Made by a program: the position numbers and the translations under genes. Source: the human T2T-CHM13v2.0 reference genome, Homo sapiens. Taken from it: a stretch of DNA of 64,000 nucleotides. The stretch lies in assembly GCF_009914755.1 (NCBI RefSeq), contig NC_060927.1; one strand, written 5' to 3'. Below the pieces are notes generated by a model. It did no database searches and was not told the origin of the DNA. It saw only the letters and a program-made list of their open reading frames with translations. This document shows positions 27,041 through 39,183 of this stretch, piece by piece; position 1 is the stretch's first letter, and each line of letters starts with the position of its first letter.

Positions 27041-28607
27041 ATGTTTGGAGTATAATCCTGAAAGACACAATCCAAAATGCCATAATCCCAAATGTTCCTG
27101 AAAGCCAAATTCTGGGGAACAGATTTGTGTGTTTTGAAGTGTATTCAGAATAGTTACATCATATTAGTTGCATTATGTTAGGCCGAAATATTACATTATT
27201 ATTGTTTTTATTTGCATTTCTTGGAAAATTCAGAGTCATGGATTGGCCATGTGATATTGCAACAGTAAAAACTTCAAGTTAAAAATGTGTCATTTGCCTA
27301 CATTGGCATTCTTTCCAGCTGATGACATTGCAGGAGCTCTTTATTAATTAAAGCTGCATTTGCCTGAGGAAGCCAAGGAAGTTACTGACTACTTTAAAAG
27401 TTTTCACCAAGTTTGTGGTCTATATAAGAGTGTATGTGGAATGGATTTCTGAGTACTTAAAACAACATGGAAGCGTGGCAAAAGATGGGAAAATTGAATA
27501 GGGAATGCTCATTTTGGTGGATATCCATTTATAGAACGATTTCAAAAAAAGCAGTGCCATGTAGGAAGTGATCATATTCTCCAAGGAGAGTCATGTCCTG
27601 AAAGAAAGAAAGAAAAAAAACAAACAAAAAAAACCCCAGCTAGCTATTCATTGTGATGCAGGACTTCAGACTATAGCTAAAGATTATGAAAGTTGGCCAG
27701 CTCTTACAAACTGCCTCTGTGCCAATTGCCCATAATCTGTCCTAATAATACAATTTTCATTTATTAAATTTTAAATTTCGTTTTTAGATTTTTTTTTTTT
27801 TAGTTTTTTTTCACTATTTTAAATTGTCAGAATTTTTTTTCTTTTACAATTAATGATGCTGTGTATTTCATCTTCACCTCGTTTCCAATACTGGAAGTAT
27901 AAATTGTGTAAAGACTTTTAGAGAATTCTAATTTGTTTTATGCACTTTTTGCAAATTTAAGTCCATGAAAGTGCATTATCACAATGTTGCCCTTGTGTAT
28001 AAGAATTGTGTATATACATAACGTTAAATTTTCTCAACATGTACAAAGATGTTCTTTGTTATGTTTATATTTGTGAAAGATAAAATTTCTTGAGATCTTG
28101 GCTCTATAAGTGACTGCATATGCAGTGGTGACCCAACATAATTTTTGATTTGTGTTGTTCATCATGGTATTTCAGATGACCACAATTGTAAAGCTAGGTG
28201 CACACAATTACCAAACATGGTAACGTGTTTATAGTTTCTTTTTGGACCTATTCTTTTATAAATATGGTTCATTTGCTCATAACTATTATACCCATATGAC
28301 TGTTGTTAGTATACCCGAGTGTTTATGTTTGCAAAAATATCTAAGCTTTTTTTTTTCTATTTTATTGTGCAAAGTGGCCTATGAAGTATTCTGCCATGTT
28401 TTTATCTGTTTCTCAGATAAGTCTCCTTTGACACTTGCAAAGAAATGTCTTTTAACTTTTTTAAAATTATTTTTCCAGGATTATATTTTCAGGATTTTGA
28501 TGTTTCACAATTGTGATTTGGGGAATTTTTGACTTTAAAGATTTTGATGTTTAAAATCATTCAGGATTACGGTGTTTGGGACTGTTTTGGAATTATGATT
28601 GGCTCCC
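27041..28607 (+). mobile_element. Ricksha (MULE-MuDR) DNA transposon, internally deleted, with transposase remnants
   Basis: Left end GTTTGGAGTATAATCCTGAAAGACACAATCCAAAATGCCATAATCCC; right end GGATTACGGTGTTTGGGACTG...ATTATGATTGGCTCCC; degenerate 9-bp TSD CTGAAACGT / CAGAAACAC; decayed coding sequence reading WKIQ..GLA, LKMCHLPTLAFFPADDI, HLPEEAKEVTDYF, NNMEAW. Confidence 0.88.
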
Positions 28608-28656
28608 CAGAAACACTACTCTTGAGAAGGGTGCCTTATCAAAGTAGTCTTTCCCT

Positions 28657-28839
28657 CAGAAAAGCTGGCTTCATGGATATGAAATCTGTACAGTCACACA
28701 TGTCCCTCACTTAGAATGGAGGCCCCGCTCCTAATGTAATGTCCTCTTGTTTACATCATGAACTTCTTAATATATTTTTTAACAAGTGTCTGACATTTTT
28801 ATCTTGCTTTGGGTTTCACAAATGATGTAGCTGGTCCTG
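28657..28839 (+). mobile_element. MER91A (hAT-Tip100 MITE)
   Basis: GCTGGCTTCATGG...CTGTACAGTCACAC...TTCTTAATA...CACAAATGATGTAGCTGGTCCTG. Confidence 0.8.
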
Positions 28840-29890
28840 CCTTTTAAGCCAAGAGAAATCCACTGGTGTCTGTCTTGTTCCAGGATAACAAAAGTGTGTG
28901 GGAGAGAAGCATTTCAGTAACGTGCTAAATAGGTTTACTAATCTGAGACCATAAAAAAATTGATTTAATTCATTCAACATGGGAAACTGTAGAAAATCTT
29001 TCCAGAGAAAGGTAACTCCCTGAAATTTGCATCTATGCTGACAAGAAGAAGAAAGGCTGTTTTGGGCCAGTGCTGAGAGACCACAAGCTTGAAAACAGCC
29101 CTACAGATGAGGTCTGCAGTGTCTCTGGCTGGATATACTCACATGGATTTAATTTGAGCCACCCGGGACTCAAATTAAAGAGAATAATGCGAAAGAGATG
29201 ACTGACATGATCTTCCCACCAGATGTGCACATTGTAACACAGTGGAGGTACTGCAAGGGTAGGAGGAAGGGGACCTACTGAAAGCAGAAGTTACACATTC
29301 TGACTAGAGCTGGAATCCAGAAGAACAAGGAATAAAATTCAGATGGAGACTTGCCTCTGCCAGGTATTATCTTGGAAACAAGTATATGAGTTAAAGTTTC
29401 TGTGATTTAAAACATTGTGTAAAAATAAAGCTGCTTAGAGCTTGAACGAAGTTGAGGAGAGGCCCTTAGGGGGAAATATCAGGAGCTCAGCTTTGCATTT
29501 TTATTACATTTTGTGAAAACTCAGAGGAAATTATCTATTCTGTGCTTTTTGTCTTAGTGAAAATCCAAGTATTGTGAGTATATACACATGTGTATAAAAA
29601 AGGCTTTATGAGAAAGGTTGCAAAATTGGAAATTTGTAGAGAGCCCAGTAGATGTGTAGACGTAAGATAGGTCTATCACACAAGGATCAATATATTTTTT
29701 AAATATGTCCATAAAGCAGACTTGGACCCTGTTATAGAAACAGACGGTCTTGTAGACAGTTTGGATTGGAGTGAAAAGAAGTGTTGCTTGCTGTGAGATG
29801 GCCCAGCATTCAAATGAGAGCTACTCCTCAGTCTAAATGCAGGGTTAAAATCTGACCAAAAAAAAAAAAAAAAAGGCAAACAGGAGCCGA

Positions 29891-30000
29891 CTTTATACCT
29901 TGGGTACTTTATACCCAAGGACAGAACCTTTATACCTTGAGTACTTTATACCCAAGGAATAAAGTATGCCTTTATACCTTGGGCACTCTATACCCAAGGA
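29891..30000. repeat. Three copies of a 31-bp hairpin-containing unit (CTTTATACCTTGGGTACTTTATACCCAAGGA) with 6- and 11-bp spacers
   Basis: Copies at 29891-29921, 29928-29958 (1 mismatch) and 29970-30000 (2 mismatches); CCTTGGGTA/TACCCAAGG is an inverted repeat. Confidence 0.95.
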
Positions 30001-30499
30001 CAGGACCAGTACCTGCCATGGTGCTGTTGGTAATGAAGATGCATGGGTCATGATGGTGAGCAGAGATGTGTTCCTGAGTAGCAGCATCAAAGAACAAGTT
30101 AAAAAGATAATATTTTAACAAGTCATATAAATTATTTTGCTTGTATGATAAGGTGGGGCTACAATTTTTAAAAGTCTAATTAATGGTCAGAAAGCTTCTC
30201 TGAATTGATCAGTGTCAGGCTGGTGTTGTTTCTGAAACATTTTTCTTTGGTTAGATATCATGATATCTGAGGAAGAATCTCTACCAGAGAAATTCTGCTC
30301 TGTCATTGTAATTCAAAGGTAAAACAGATGACAGCAATTAGTATATATTCTCCATCTAACTGCTTCAAAAATAAAACATCATGTATTACCATTGCTCATT
30401 TGTAAGACAGACCTCTAGATTTCAGGAAGATGCCACTGTCATTGGCTTCATATGTATCGATTGACTTAAGACATTAACAAATGTGAGAAACTCCACAGC

Positions 30500-31120
30500 A
30501 TGTAAGGCAGCATGGCATAGCACAAATGACATGGGGTTTTGATAAAATAATCTTGGGTTTGAATAGCAGTCCCATCAATCAATAGCCATTTTATATTGGA
30601 AATAATTTATTTTTTCTCATCTATCAATGAACATTACATTATTCAGAATAAGGTGTATTATGTTGTTGTAACAACTACATCAAAATATCAGTGGCTTTAC
30701 AAAAAAAAAATGTTTATTTCTTGCTTATAACACTTGTTCCACCTGGGTTGATGGGAGTCTGCATGCTGTAGTCACTTGAGGATGCAGGTTTACAAAGATT
30801 TCATCATGATCGGTGCTTCCATGGAAACATGGAAAGGGGAAATGTTCTGCATATTGTGCATTAGATCTTGCAACTTCCACCCAGAAATGACATATGTCAT
30901 TGTCAGTTACATTTTGTTAGCCAAACAGGTTGCATTGCCATGCCAAACCTCAAATGGAGTGGGAGGATGCAATCATACCTTGTGCCCTAAAGGAGAAGAG
31001 GACTTGAAAATGTGTGATCAATATCAATGACTACCACAAATAACACTAGTACAATTGTCATTTAATCATTTATGTAAAGCATCTTAACAGTAGTATGAGC
31101 TCAGTGAATGGTAGTTATTA
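30500..31120 (+). mobile_element. MIR SINE split by an MLT1 LTR
   Basis: 5' part GCAGCATGGCATAG...CTTGGGTTTGAATAGCAG...TTTTCTCATCTAT; 3' part TTTATGTAAAGCATCTTAACAG...GCTCAGTGAATGGTAGTTATTA after 31040. Confidence 0.6.
30640..31038 (-). mobile_element. MLT1 (I/J-like) MaLR LTR
   Basis: TATGTTGTTGTAACAAC...TCAGTGGCTTTAC...TTTATTTCTTGCTTA...CCCAGAAATGACATATGTCA...CTACCACA. Confidence 0.75.
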
Positions 31121-31599
31121 TCAGAGGTAGGTTTGATTAAATGAAACATTTATAACCAAGACTTCCAAGTAAGTGTGAAAGATTAAATACTCATTCTTAA
31201 CTGCAAACTACCCCCAAATTTCACTTGTTATAATGATTGACTTTTAGTTCGAAATCCACAATGATAAGGAAAATGAGAGAATGAATGAGAGAAGAAAAAT
31301 CTCAAAGACTATAAAGGTGGAAATAGAGAGATGGGCAATGACTTACTCACCCGAGCAGATAAAACCAGAATCTGCCTGCAGAACAGAATCCAAAGAGAAG
31401 CTAGTAGATAGGAGCATTACAGCCTCAGAGTGGCTCAAATTAGAGAACCGGTTTCAAGTATAACATAAAGCTGAAAAGAAGCCATGAAATGGACAAGATA
31501 ATGCAAAATGCGGTTGATTATAGATAAATTGCTACAAACATATCTTAAATATTTCTCAGTTTTCAAGAAATAATAAGTATTCTTGAAGCATATATAAAA

Positions 31600-31900
31600 G
31601 AGAGCAATCAATGAAAGCCAGGAAGCAAGTGTGGATGCCAGGTCTATCCTGGAATTTTACAAACTTAAAATTGTGGAAATTCTTAATCACAAGGGAATTA
31701 GAAGACTAGGCCTTAGGAAAATGCTGAATGGAAAACTGGAATCTGAGATTCACACATTTTACTGGTATGTTAAAAGCCAAGAGCTTCTATGACATATGGT
31801 TTAGAAAAAAAAAAATTGTCCGCCAGCAAACAAAGTACACAGGAAATCTATCAATTTCTGTCACAGTTCCAAATGAAAAAGGACTAACAAAAATATTCTC
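31600..31900 (+). mobile_element. HAL1/old L1 5'-type fragment, apparently continuing at about 39738-40045
   Basis: GGAAAACTGGAATCTGAGATTC...GTCCGCCAGCAAAC...AAAAATATTCTCCT; resumes as GTAACAAGG...TTTGGGAAATTCAGAGC...TAGTGCCCAGTGGAAGCAAATGCAAATATTCTCT. Confidence 0.45.
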
Positions 31901-34900
31901 CTGAGGCAGAATAACTAGCAGCTCCCACTTGGATGGATGGAGCAGCATGTGAAGACTCACATTGTGAGCTTTTGCTCCAAGAACTAACTCAGGAAATTAG
32001 CAGGAAAAGTGAGAGAATCCACAGACCTTTTGTCCCAGGCTCCATGGGACGGCTGAGAAACTGTGAGTTGGCTTGCTTTCTCAGCTGGGGGGCTTGTAGC
32101 CTAGGGCAAGTTCTCAGCCCTGCTCACCAACAGGCTGGATATAAAGTCAGTGCTGTTGTAGGGGAACAGTGGGAGTGTGATCGGCCTTTCAGGTTGCAGA
32201 CTGCATGGGAGCTAGGTGAGGCCCGTACCTGCTGGCTTTCCCCCACTTTCCTGGTGACCTGTGCAACACGGCAGAGGCAGCCATAATTTCCTCGGGAAAA
32301 TAATTCCTTTGGCCTGGGCACTATACCCCTATCCCTCACAGCAGATGCAGCAAGCCTTGCCCAAGGAGTGGCTGAGCTCAGACAAGCCTATCCCTGCCCT
32401 GACCTAGTGGTCTTTCTCTACCCTCCCTGGTAGCCAAAGACAAAGGTTATAATCTCTTGGGAGCTCCATGGCCCTGTCCACTGCTTGGTCCTCCCTATAT
32501 TACTGCAGCTTATGTGCTTTGAAAGTGCCGCCTTCTGGCTGGAGGCCAACCAACAAAAAATGAGCACATTTAACACAAAACAACCAAGGACCCTCACAGA
32601 ATCCACTTTACTCCCCTGCTACCTCCACTGGATCGATAGGGTGTTGATACCCGTGCCCGAGAGACCTGAAAACAGATCACATCATAGGACTCTTTGCAGA
32701 CACTCTCCAGTACCACCCCAAAGACTGGTAGTTTGCAGGCTGAGTAGATCCAGAAAAGAAATTATAATCACTGCAGTTTGACTGTCAGGAAGCCCCATCC
32801 CTGGGGGAAAGAGGAGACCACCACATCAAGGAAGCACCCTGTGGGAAAAGAGAATCTGAACAGCAGCCCTTGAGTCCCAGATCTTCCCTCTGATATAGTC
32901 TATCCAAATGAGAAGGAACCAGAAAAATGATTCGGTAGTATGATAAAATAAGGTTCTTTAACAGTCTGCCAAATACTGTCTCACCAAAAATGGATCCAAA
33001 TCAACACAAAATCTCTGAAATGCCAGAAAAAGAATTCAGAAAGTTGACTTATTAAGCCAATCAAGGAGGCATCAGAGAAAGGTAAAGTCCAACTTAAATA
33101 AATCAAAACATGATACAGGATATGAATGGAGAAATCTCCATTGAAATAGAGAGCATAAATAAAAAACAATCGCAATTTCTGGGAATGAAGGACACACTTA
33201 GAAAATTGCAAAATACACAGGAAAGTCTCAGCAATAGAAATGAACAAACAGAAGAAAGAATGTCAGAGCTCAAAGACAAGGCTTGAGAATAAACCCAATC
33301 CTACAAAGACAAATAAAAATGAATATTAAAAATGAATAAAGCCTCCAAGAAGTTTGGGATTGTGTTAAATGACCAAACCTAAGAATAATTGGTGTTCTCA
33401 AGGAAGAAGAGAAATCTAAAAGTTTAGAAAACATTTGAAGGGATAATCAAGGAAAATTTCCCCAACCTTGCTAATAATCTAGACATCCAATTTAAAAAAA
33501 CTCAAAGAACACCTGGGAAATTCATTGCAAAATGATCATCACCTGGGCATATAGTCATTAGGTTATCTAAAGTCAAGATGAAGAAAATAGTTTTAAGAGC
33601 TGTGAGACAAAAGCATCAGGTAACCATGAAGGAAATCTATCAGATTAACAGCAGATTTCTCAGCAGAAACTCTACACACTAGAAGGGATTGGATAGAATT
33701 CTATCTTTAGCCTCCTTAAACAAAACAATTATCACTAAGAATTTTGTATCCAGCAAAACTAAGCTTTATAAGTGAAGAAAAGATACAGTCTTTTTCAGAA
33801 AAACAAATGTTTAGAGAATTTGTCACTACCAAGCCAGCACTACAAGGCTGCTAAAAGGAGTTCTAAATCTGGAAACAAATCCTCAAAATACACCAAAATA
33901 GAATCTCCTTAAAGCATAATTCTTACAGGACCTATAAAACAACAACACAATGAAAACAAAACAAGGTATTCAGGCAACAAATAGCATGATGAATAGAATA
34001 GTACCTCGCATCTCAACACTAATGTTGAATGTAAATGGCCTAAATGCACCACTAAAATAATATAGAGTGGCAGAATGGATGAGTTAACCAACCAAGTATC
34101 TGCTGTCCTCAAGGGACTCAACTGACACATAAGAATTCACATGAACTTAAGGTAAATGGATGGGAAAAGATATTCCATGCAAATGGACACCCAAAGTGAG
34201 CAGGAGTAGCTATTCTTATATTAGACAAAACAAACTTTAAAGTAACAGCAGTTAAAAAAGTCAAAGAGGGACATTATATGATGATAAATTAACTAGTCCA
34301 ACAGGAAAATGTCACAATCCTAAATATATATGCACCTAATACTGGAGATTACAAATTTATAAAACAATTACTACTAGACCTAAGAAATTAGATAGACAGC
34401 AACACAATAATAGTGGGGGACTTCAATTCTCTACTGAAAGCACAAGACAGGTCATCAAGACAAAAAACCAACAAAGACACAGTGGACTTAACTATACCCA
34501 AGAACAAATGGACTTAAGAGATATTTACAGAACATTCTACCCAACAACTGCAGAATATACATGCTATTGATCAGCACATGTAGCATTCGTTCTCCAAGAC
34601 AGATCATATGATAGTCCACAAAATAAGGGTCAACAAATTTAAGAAAATTGAAATTATAGCAGGTACTCTCTCAGAACACAGTGGAATAAAATTGGAAATC
34701 AACTCCAAAAGGAACCCTCAAAATCATGCAAAAACATGTAAATTAACCTGCTTCTGAATGATCGTTGGGTCAACAATGAAATCAAGATGGAAATTAAAAA
34801 ATTCTTTGAAATGAATGATAATAGTGACTTGATCTATCAAAACCTCTGGATATGGCAAAGGCTGTGCTAAGAGTAAAATTCATAGCATTAAATGCCTACA

Positions 34901-35337
34901 ATAAAAAGTCTGAAAGAGCACAAGTAGACAATCTAAGGTCACACCTCAAGGAACTAGAGAAATAAGAACAAACCAACTGAAATTGAAACAAAAAGCAATA
35001 ATACAAAAGATAAATGAAACCAAAAGGTGGTTCTTTGAAAAGATAAGTAAAATTGATAGACCATTAGTGAGATTAACCAAGAAAAGACAGAGAGAAGATC
35101 CAAATAAGCTCAATTAGAAAAGAAATGGGAGATGTTACAACAAATACCACGGAAATACAAAAGATCATTCAAAGCTACTATGAACACCTCTATGCGCATA
35201 AACTAGAAAACCTGGAAGAAATGGATAAATTCCTAGAAATATGCAACCCTCCTAGATTAAACCAGAAAGAAATAGAAACTCTGAACAGACCAACAGCAAG
35301 CAGTGAAATTGAAATGGTAATTAAAAAGTTACCAACA

Positions 35338-35637
35338 GGCTGGGTGCGGTGGCTCACCCCTGTAATCCCAGCACTTTGGGAGGCCAAGGTGGGCAGATCA
35401 TCTGAGGTCAGGAGTTCAAGACCAACCTGGCCAATATGGTGAAACCCTGTCTCTACTAAAAAATACAAAAATTAGCCGGGTGTGGTGGTAGGTGCCTGTA
35501 ATCCTAGCTACTTGGGAGGCTGAGGCAGGGAGAATTGCTTGAACCTGGGAGGTGGAAGTTGCAGTGAGCCAAGAAGGCCACTGCACTCCAGCCTGGGAGA
35601 CACAGCAAGACTCCGTCAGAGAAAAAAAAAAAAAAAA
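35338..35637 (+). mobile_element. AluS (Sx/Sz-like) inserted in L1PB ORF2
   Basis: Full dimer; TSD AAAAAGTTACCAACA / AAAAAGTACCAACA. Confidence 0.95.
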
Positions 35638-36127
35638 GTACCAACAAATAAAAGTGCAGGACCAGATGGATTCACAGCTGAATTCCATCAGACATTCAAG
35701 AAATTGGTACCAATCTTATTGACACTATTCCACAAGACAGAGAAAGAGAGAGTCCTCCCTAAACTATTCTATGAAGCCAGTATCACCATAATACCAAAAC
35801 CAGAAAAGGACATAGCAACAACAACTATAGACCAATATCCCTGATGAACATACATGCAAAAATCCTCAACAAAATACTGGCTAACCAAATCTAACAGCAT
35901 ATCAAAAAGATAATCCACCATGATCAACTGGGTTTCATACCAGGGATGCAGGGATGATTTCACATCCCCAAGTCAAAAAATGTGATACATCACATAAACA
36001 AAATTAAAAACAAAAATCACGTGATCATGCCAATAGATGCAGAAAAAGCATTTGACAAAATTCAGCATCCCTTTATGATTTAAATCCTCAGCAAAATTGG
36101 CATAGAAGAGATATAACTTAAGGTAAT

Positions 36128-37001
36128 TATTGCAAGATCTGGCCAGCAGCCTGCAATGCAACCGGGCTTTCTCTTTGTTCCCAGGCAGGTCGGCCGGTCG
36201 AGAAATAATAGACACATACAAGACAGCGAAAGCTGGGTCCAGGGGGTTCACCGCCTTCTGGTCCCGCGGTGCCAACAATGCACTGGATATACCAGCATTT
36301 ATTATTAAGTTTAGTGAGGGTGGGGGTAGGTTAGTGGGGGATTTAGGGTCATTTGATTATGAGGTGAGATGGTCACATGGGGATGAAGTAATTCTTTAAC
36401 ATAACATCTGTATGCAGAAGTATAGTATACAGGGAGAAGAATTTACAATATAGTGTGTGCATCAGTAATTTCTAACAGAGCCTTAAAACAGAAACACAGT
36501 CTTTCCATAACCTATGATTAGCAAGATATTAATCAGCAGTAACAGTTGCAGCAAAAGCTGGTTACAAGCAATCCATAGAAACAGGATGTGAAGCTAGACA
36601 ACCGGTTAGACCAGAAATTCTCAGAAGGGAGTGTGCCTTAACCCTAAAGAGGCCTAGAAGAGCCGTGACAAGATGAGGGCGTTTATAGCCCTATCTTATC
36701 CATATGGACAGGCGCCCCTCATGCATCCATTTATAGGCTCTCCACAAGTGTCACATTCCATTCCCAGAGCTATGAACATTTGCTTTTCTGGTATAGGAAC
36801 CTTGGTGATGTGAAACCTCCCTGACTGCATGTCCATTCATAGGCTCTCTTCCGGGGGAAGCACATCATGTGCTGTTGGCTCATTCTGGCAGTCCAACCTG
36901 GCATTGTCTTTACACAATCCTGCATGCAATTTTTTATTTACAGTAATCAGGAGCATTTCATCTTTTATTCCATAGCAATAGTTTCAGGGGGTCTCCCTAC
37001 A
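36128..37001 (-). mobile_element. Solo ERVK-class (HML, LTR13-like) LTR inserted in L1PB ORF2
   Basis: Minus strand starts TGTAGGGAGACCCCCTGAAACTATTGCTATGGAATAAAAGATG and has AATAAA plus U5 (GGACCCAGCTTTCGCTGTCTTGTATGTGTCTATTATTTCT); exact 5-bp TSD GTAAT (36123-36127, 37002-37006); L1 ORF2 resumes seamlessly. Subfamily name uncertain. Confidence 0.85.
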
Positions 37002-37708
37002 GTAATAAAAACCATCTATGACAAACCCACAGCCAACATTATACTAAATGGGGAAAGGTTGAAAGCATTCTCCCTGTGAACTGAAACAAGACAAGGATAC
37101 CCACTTTCACCACTTCTATTCAACTGGAAGTCCTAGCCAGAGCAATGAGACAAGATAAAAAAAAAAGGGGCATCCCAATTAGTGAAGAAGAAGTCAAACT
37201 GTTCCTATTTGCTGATGACTTCATTGTATACCTAGAAAACCCTAAAAACTCTTCCAAAAAGCTCCCAGAACTGGTAAATGAATTCAGCCAAGTTTCAGGA
37301 TATCAAATTAATGCACACAAATTAGTAGCCCTGCAATACACCAACAGTGACCAAGCCGAGAATCAAATCAATAAGTCAGCCCCTTTCAATATAGCTGAAA
37401 CAAACAAACAAAAACAACAACAACAATAATAACAAAAAATCTTAAGAATACACCTAACCCAAGGAGGTGAAATACTTCTACAAGGAAAACTACAAAAAAC
37501 TGCTGACAGAAATCATAGACAACACAAACAAATGGAAATACATCCTAGGCTCATGGATGGGCAGAATCAATATTCTGAAAATGACCATACTGCCAAATGC
37601 AATCTACAAATGCAATGCAATTCCCGTCATTATTCCTCACAGAACTAGATAAAACATTCCTAAAACTCATGAATCCAGAAAAGAGCCCACATAACCAAAA
37701 CAAGACTA

Positions 37709-37758
<50 letters not shown>

Positions 37759-38814
37759 GCATCACATTACCCAATGTCAAACTATTCTGTAAGACCATAG
37801 TCACCAAAACAGCATGGTACTGGTATAAAAACAGGCATATAGACCAATGGAATAGAATAGAGAATGCAGAAATAAAGCCAAATACTTACTGCCAACTGAT
37901 CTTCAACAAAGCAAACGAAAACTTAAAGTGGGGAAAGGACACTCTATTCACTAAATGGTGCTGGGATAATTGGCAAGCCACATGTAGAAGAATGGAACTG
38001 GATCCTCATCTCTCACCTTATACAAAAATCAATTCAAGATGGGTCAAGGACTTAAATCTAAGACCTGAAACCATAAAAGTTCTAGAAGATAACATTGAAA
38101 AACCCCTTCTAGACATTGGCTTAGGCAAATACTTCATGACCAAGAACCCAAAAGTAAATGCAACAAAAACACAGGTAAATAGATGGTACTTAAATAAACT
38201 AAAACACTTCTGCACAACAAAAGAAATAAGCAGTAGAGTAAACAGACAACCCACAGAGTCAGAGAAAATCTTCACAATCTATACATTTGACAAAGGACTA
38301 ATATCCAGAATCCATGAGGAACTCAAACAAATCAGCAAGAAAAAAACAAACAATCTCATTCAAAAAGTGGGCTAGGGACATGAATAGACAATTCTCAAAA
38401 GAAGATATACAAATGGCCAACAAACATGAGAAAACACTAATGATTACAGAAATGTACATAAAAACCACAATGGGATACCACCTCACTCCTGCAAGAATGG
38501 CCATAATTAAAAAATCAAAAAATAATAGATGTTGATTGATGCAGGGAAAAGGGAACACTTTTACACTGTTAGTGGGAACGTAAACTAGTACAACCATTAT
38601 GGAAAACAGCATGGAGATTCCTTAAAGAACTGAAAGTAGATCTACCGTTTGATCTAGCAATCCCACTCCTGGGTATCCACCCAGCAGAAAAGAAGTAATT
38701 ATACAAAAAAAGTAATTGCACACACATATTTATTATAGCACAATTTGCAATTGCAAAAGTATGGAACCAGCCCAAATGCCCATCAATTAATGAGTGAATA
38801 AAGAAAATGTGAGA

Positions 38815-38841
38815 TATATATATCACACATATATATATGTG

Positions 38842-38881
<40 letters not shown>

Positions 38882-38884
38882 CAC
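38815..38884. repeat. (TA)n/(CA)n compound microsatellite in the L1PB 3' UTR
   Basis: ATATATATATC...GTATATACACACACAC... Confidence 0.9.
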
Positions 38885-39183
38885 CATGGAATACTACTCA
38901 GTCATAAAAAGGAAAAAAATAATGAAACTTGCAACAACTTTTATGAATTGGCTACCATTAGTGATACAGTGGACTTTGGGGACTTAGGGGAAAGGCTGGG
39001 AGGGGCATGAGAGAAAAAAGACTACACATTGGGTACAGTCTACACTGCTTATGTGATGGGTGCACCAGAACTTCAGAAATCACCACTAAAGAACTTATTC
39101 ATTAGCCAAACATCATCTTTCTCCCAAAACCTATTGAAATAAATAAATAGATAAATAAAAAGAAACATTTTTCTATAGAATTT

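Larger units (their letters stand above)
31903..39162 (+). mobile_element. Near full-length L1PB (L1PB1/L1PBa-like) LINE-1, inactive; 5' UTR, ORF1 (about 32.9-33.9 kb), ORF2 (about 33.99-38.7 kb), 3' UTR
   Basis: 5' UTR GCAGCTCCCACTTGGATGG...GAGAGAATCCACAGACC; ORF2 remnants in the ORF track ([44 protein letters not shown]); 3' UTR AAAAGACTACACATTGGGTACAG...AAATCACCACTAAAGAACTTA; numerous stops and frameshifts. Confidence 0.93.

Noticed and set aside
29891-30000. CRISPR array (31-bp palindromic repeats with spacers)
   Set aside because: Spacers are only 6 and 11 bp and derive from local sequence; there are no cas genes and the context is primate DNA.
31933-32781. ORFs and a CpG-island promoter at 31.9-32.8 kb
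   Set aside because: This is the L1PB 5' UTR with decayed CpGs.
33985-38700. Functional L1 ORF2 (reverse transcriptase) or ORF1 CDS
   Set aside because: Many stops and frameshifts plus Alu and LTR insertions; only fragments such as FADD and [12 protein letters not shown] remain.
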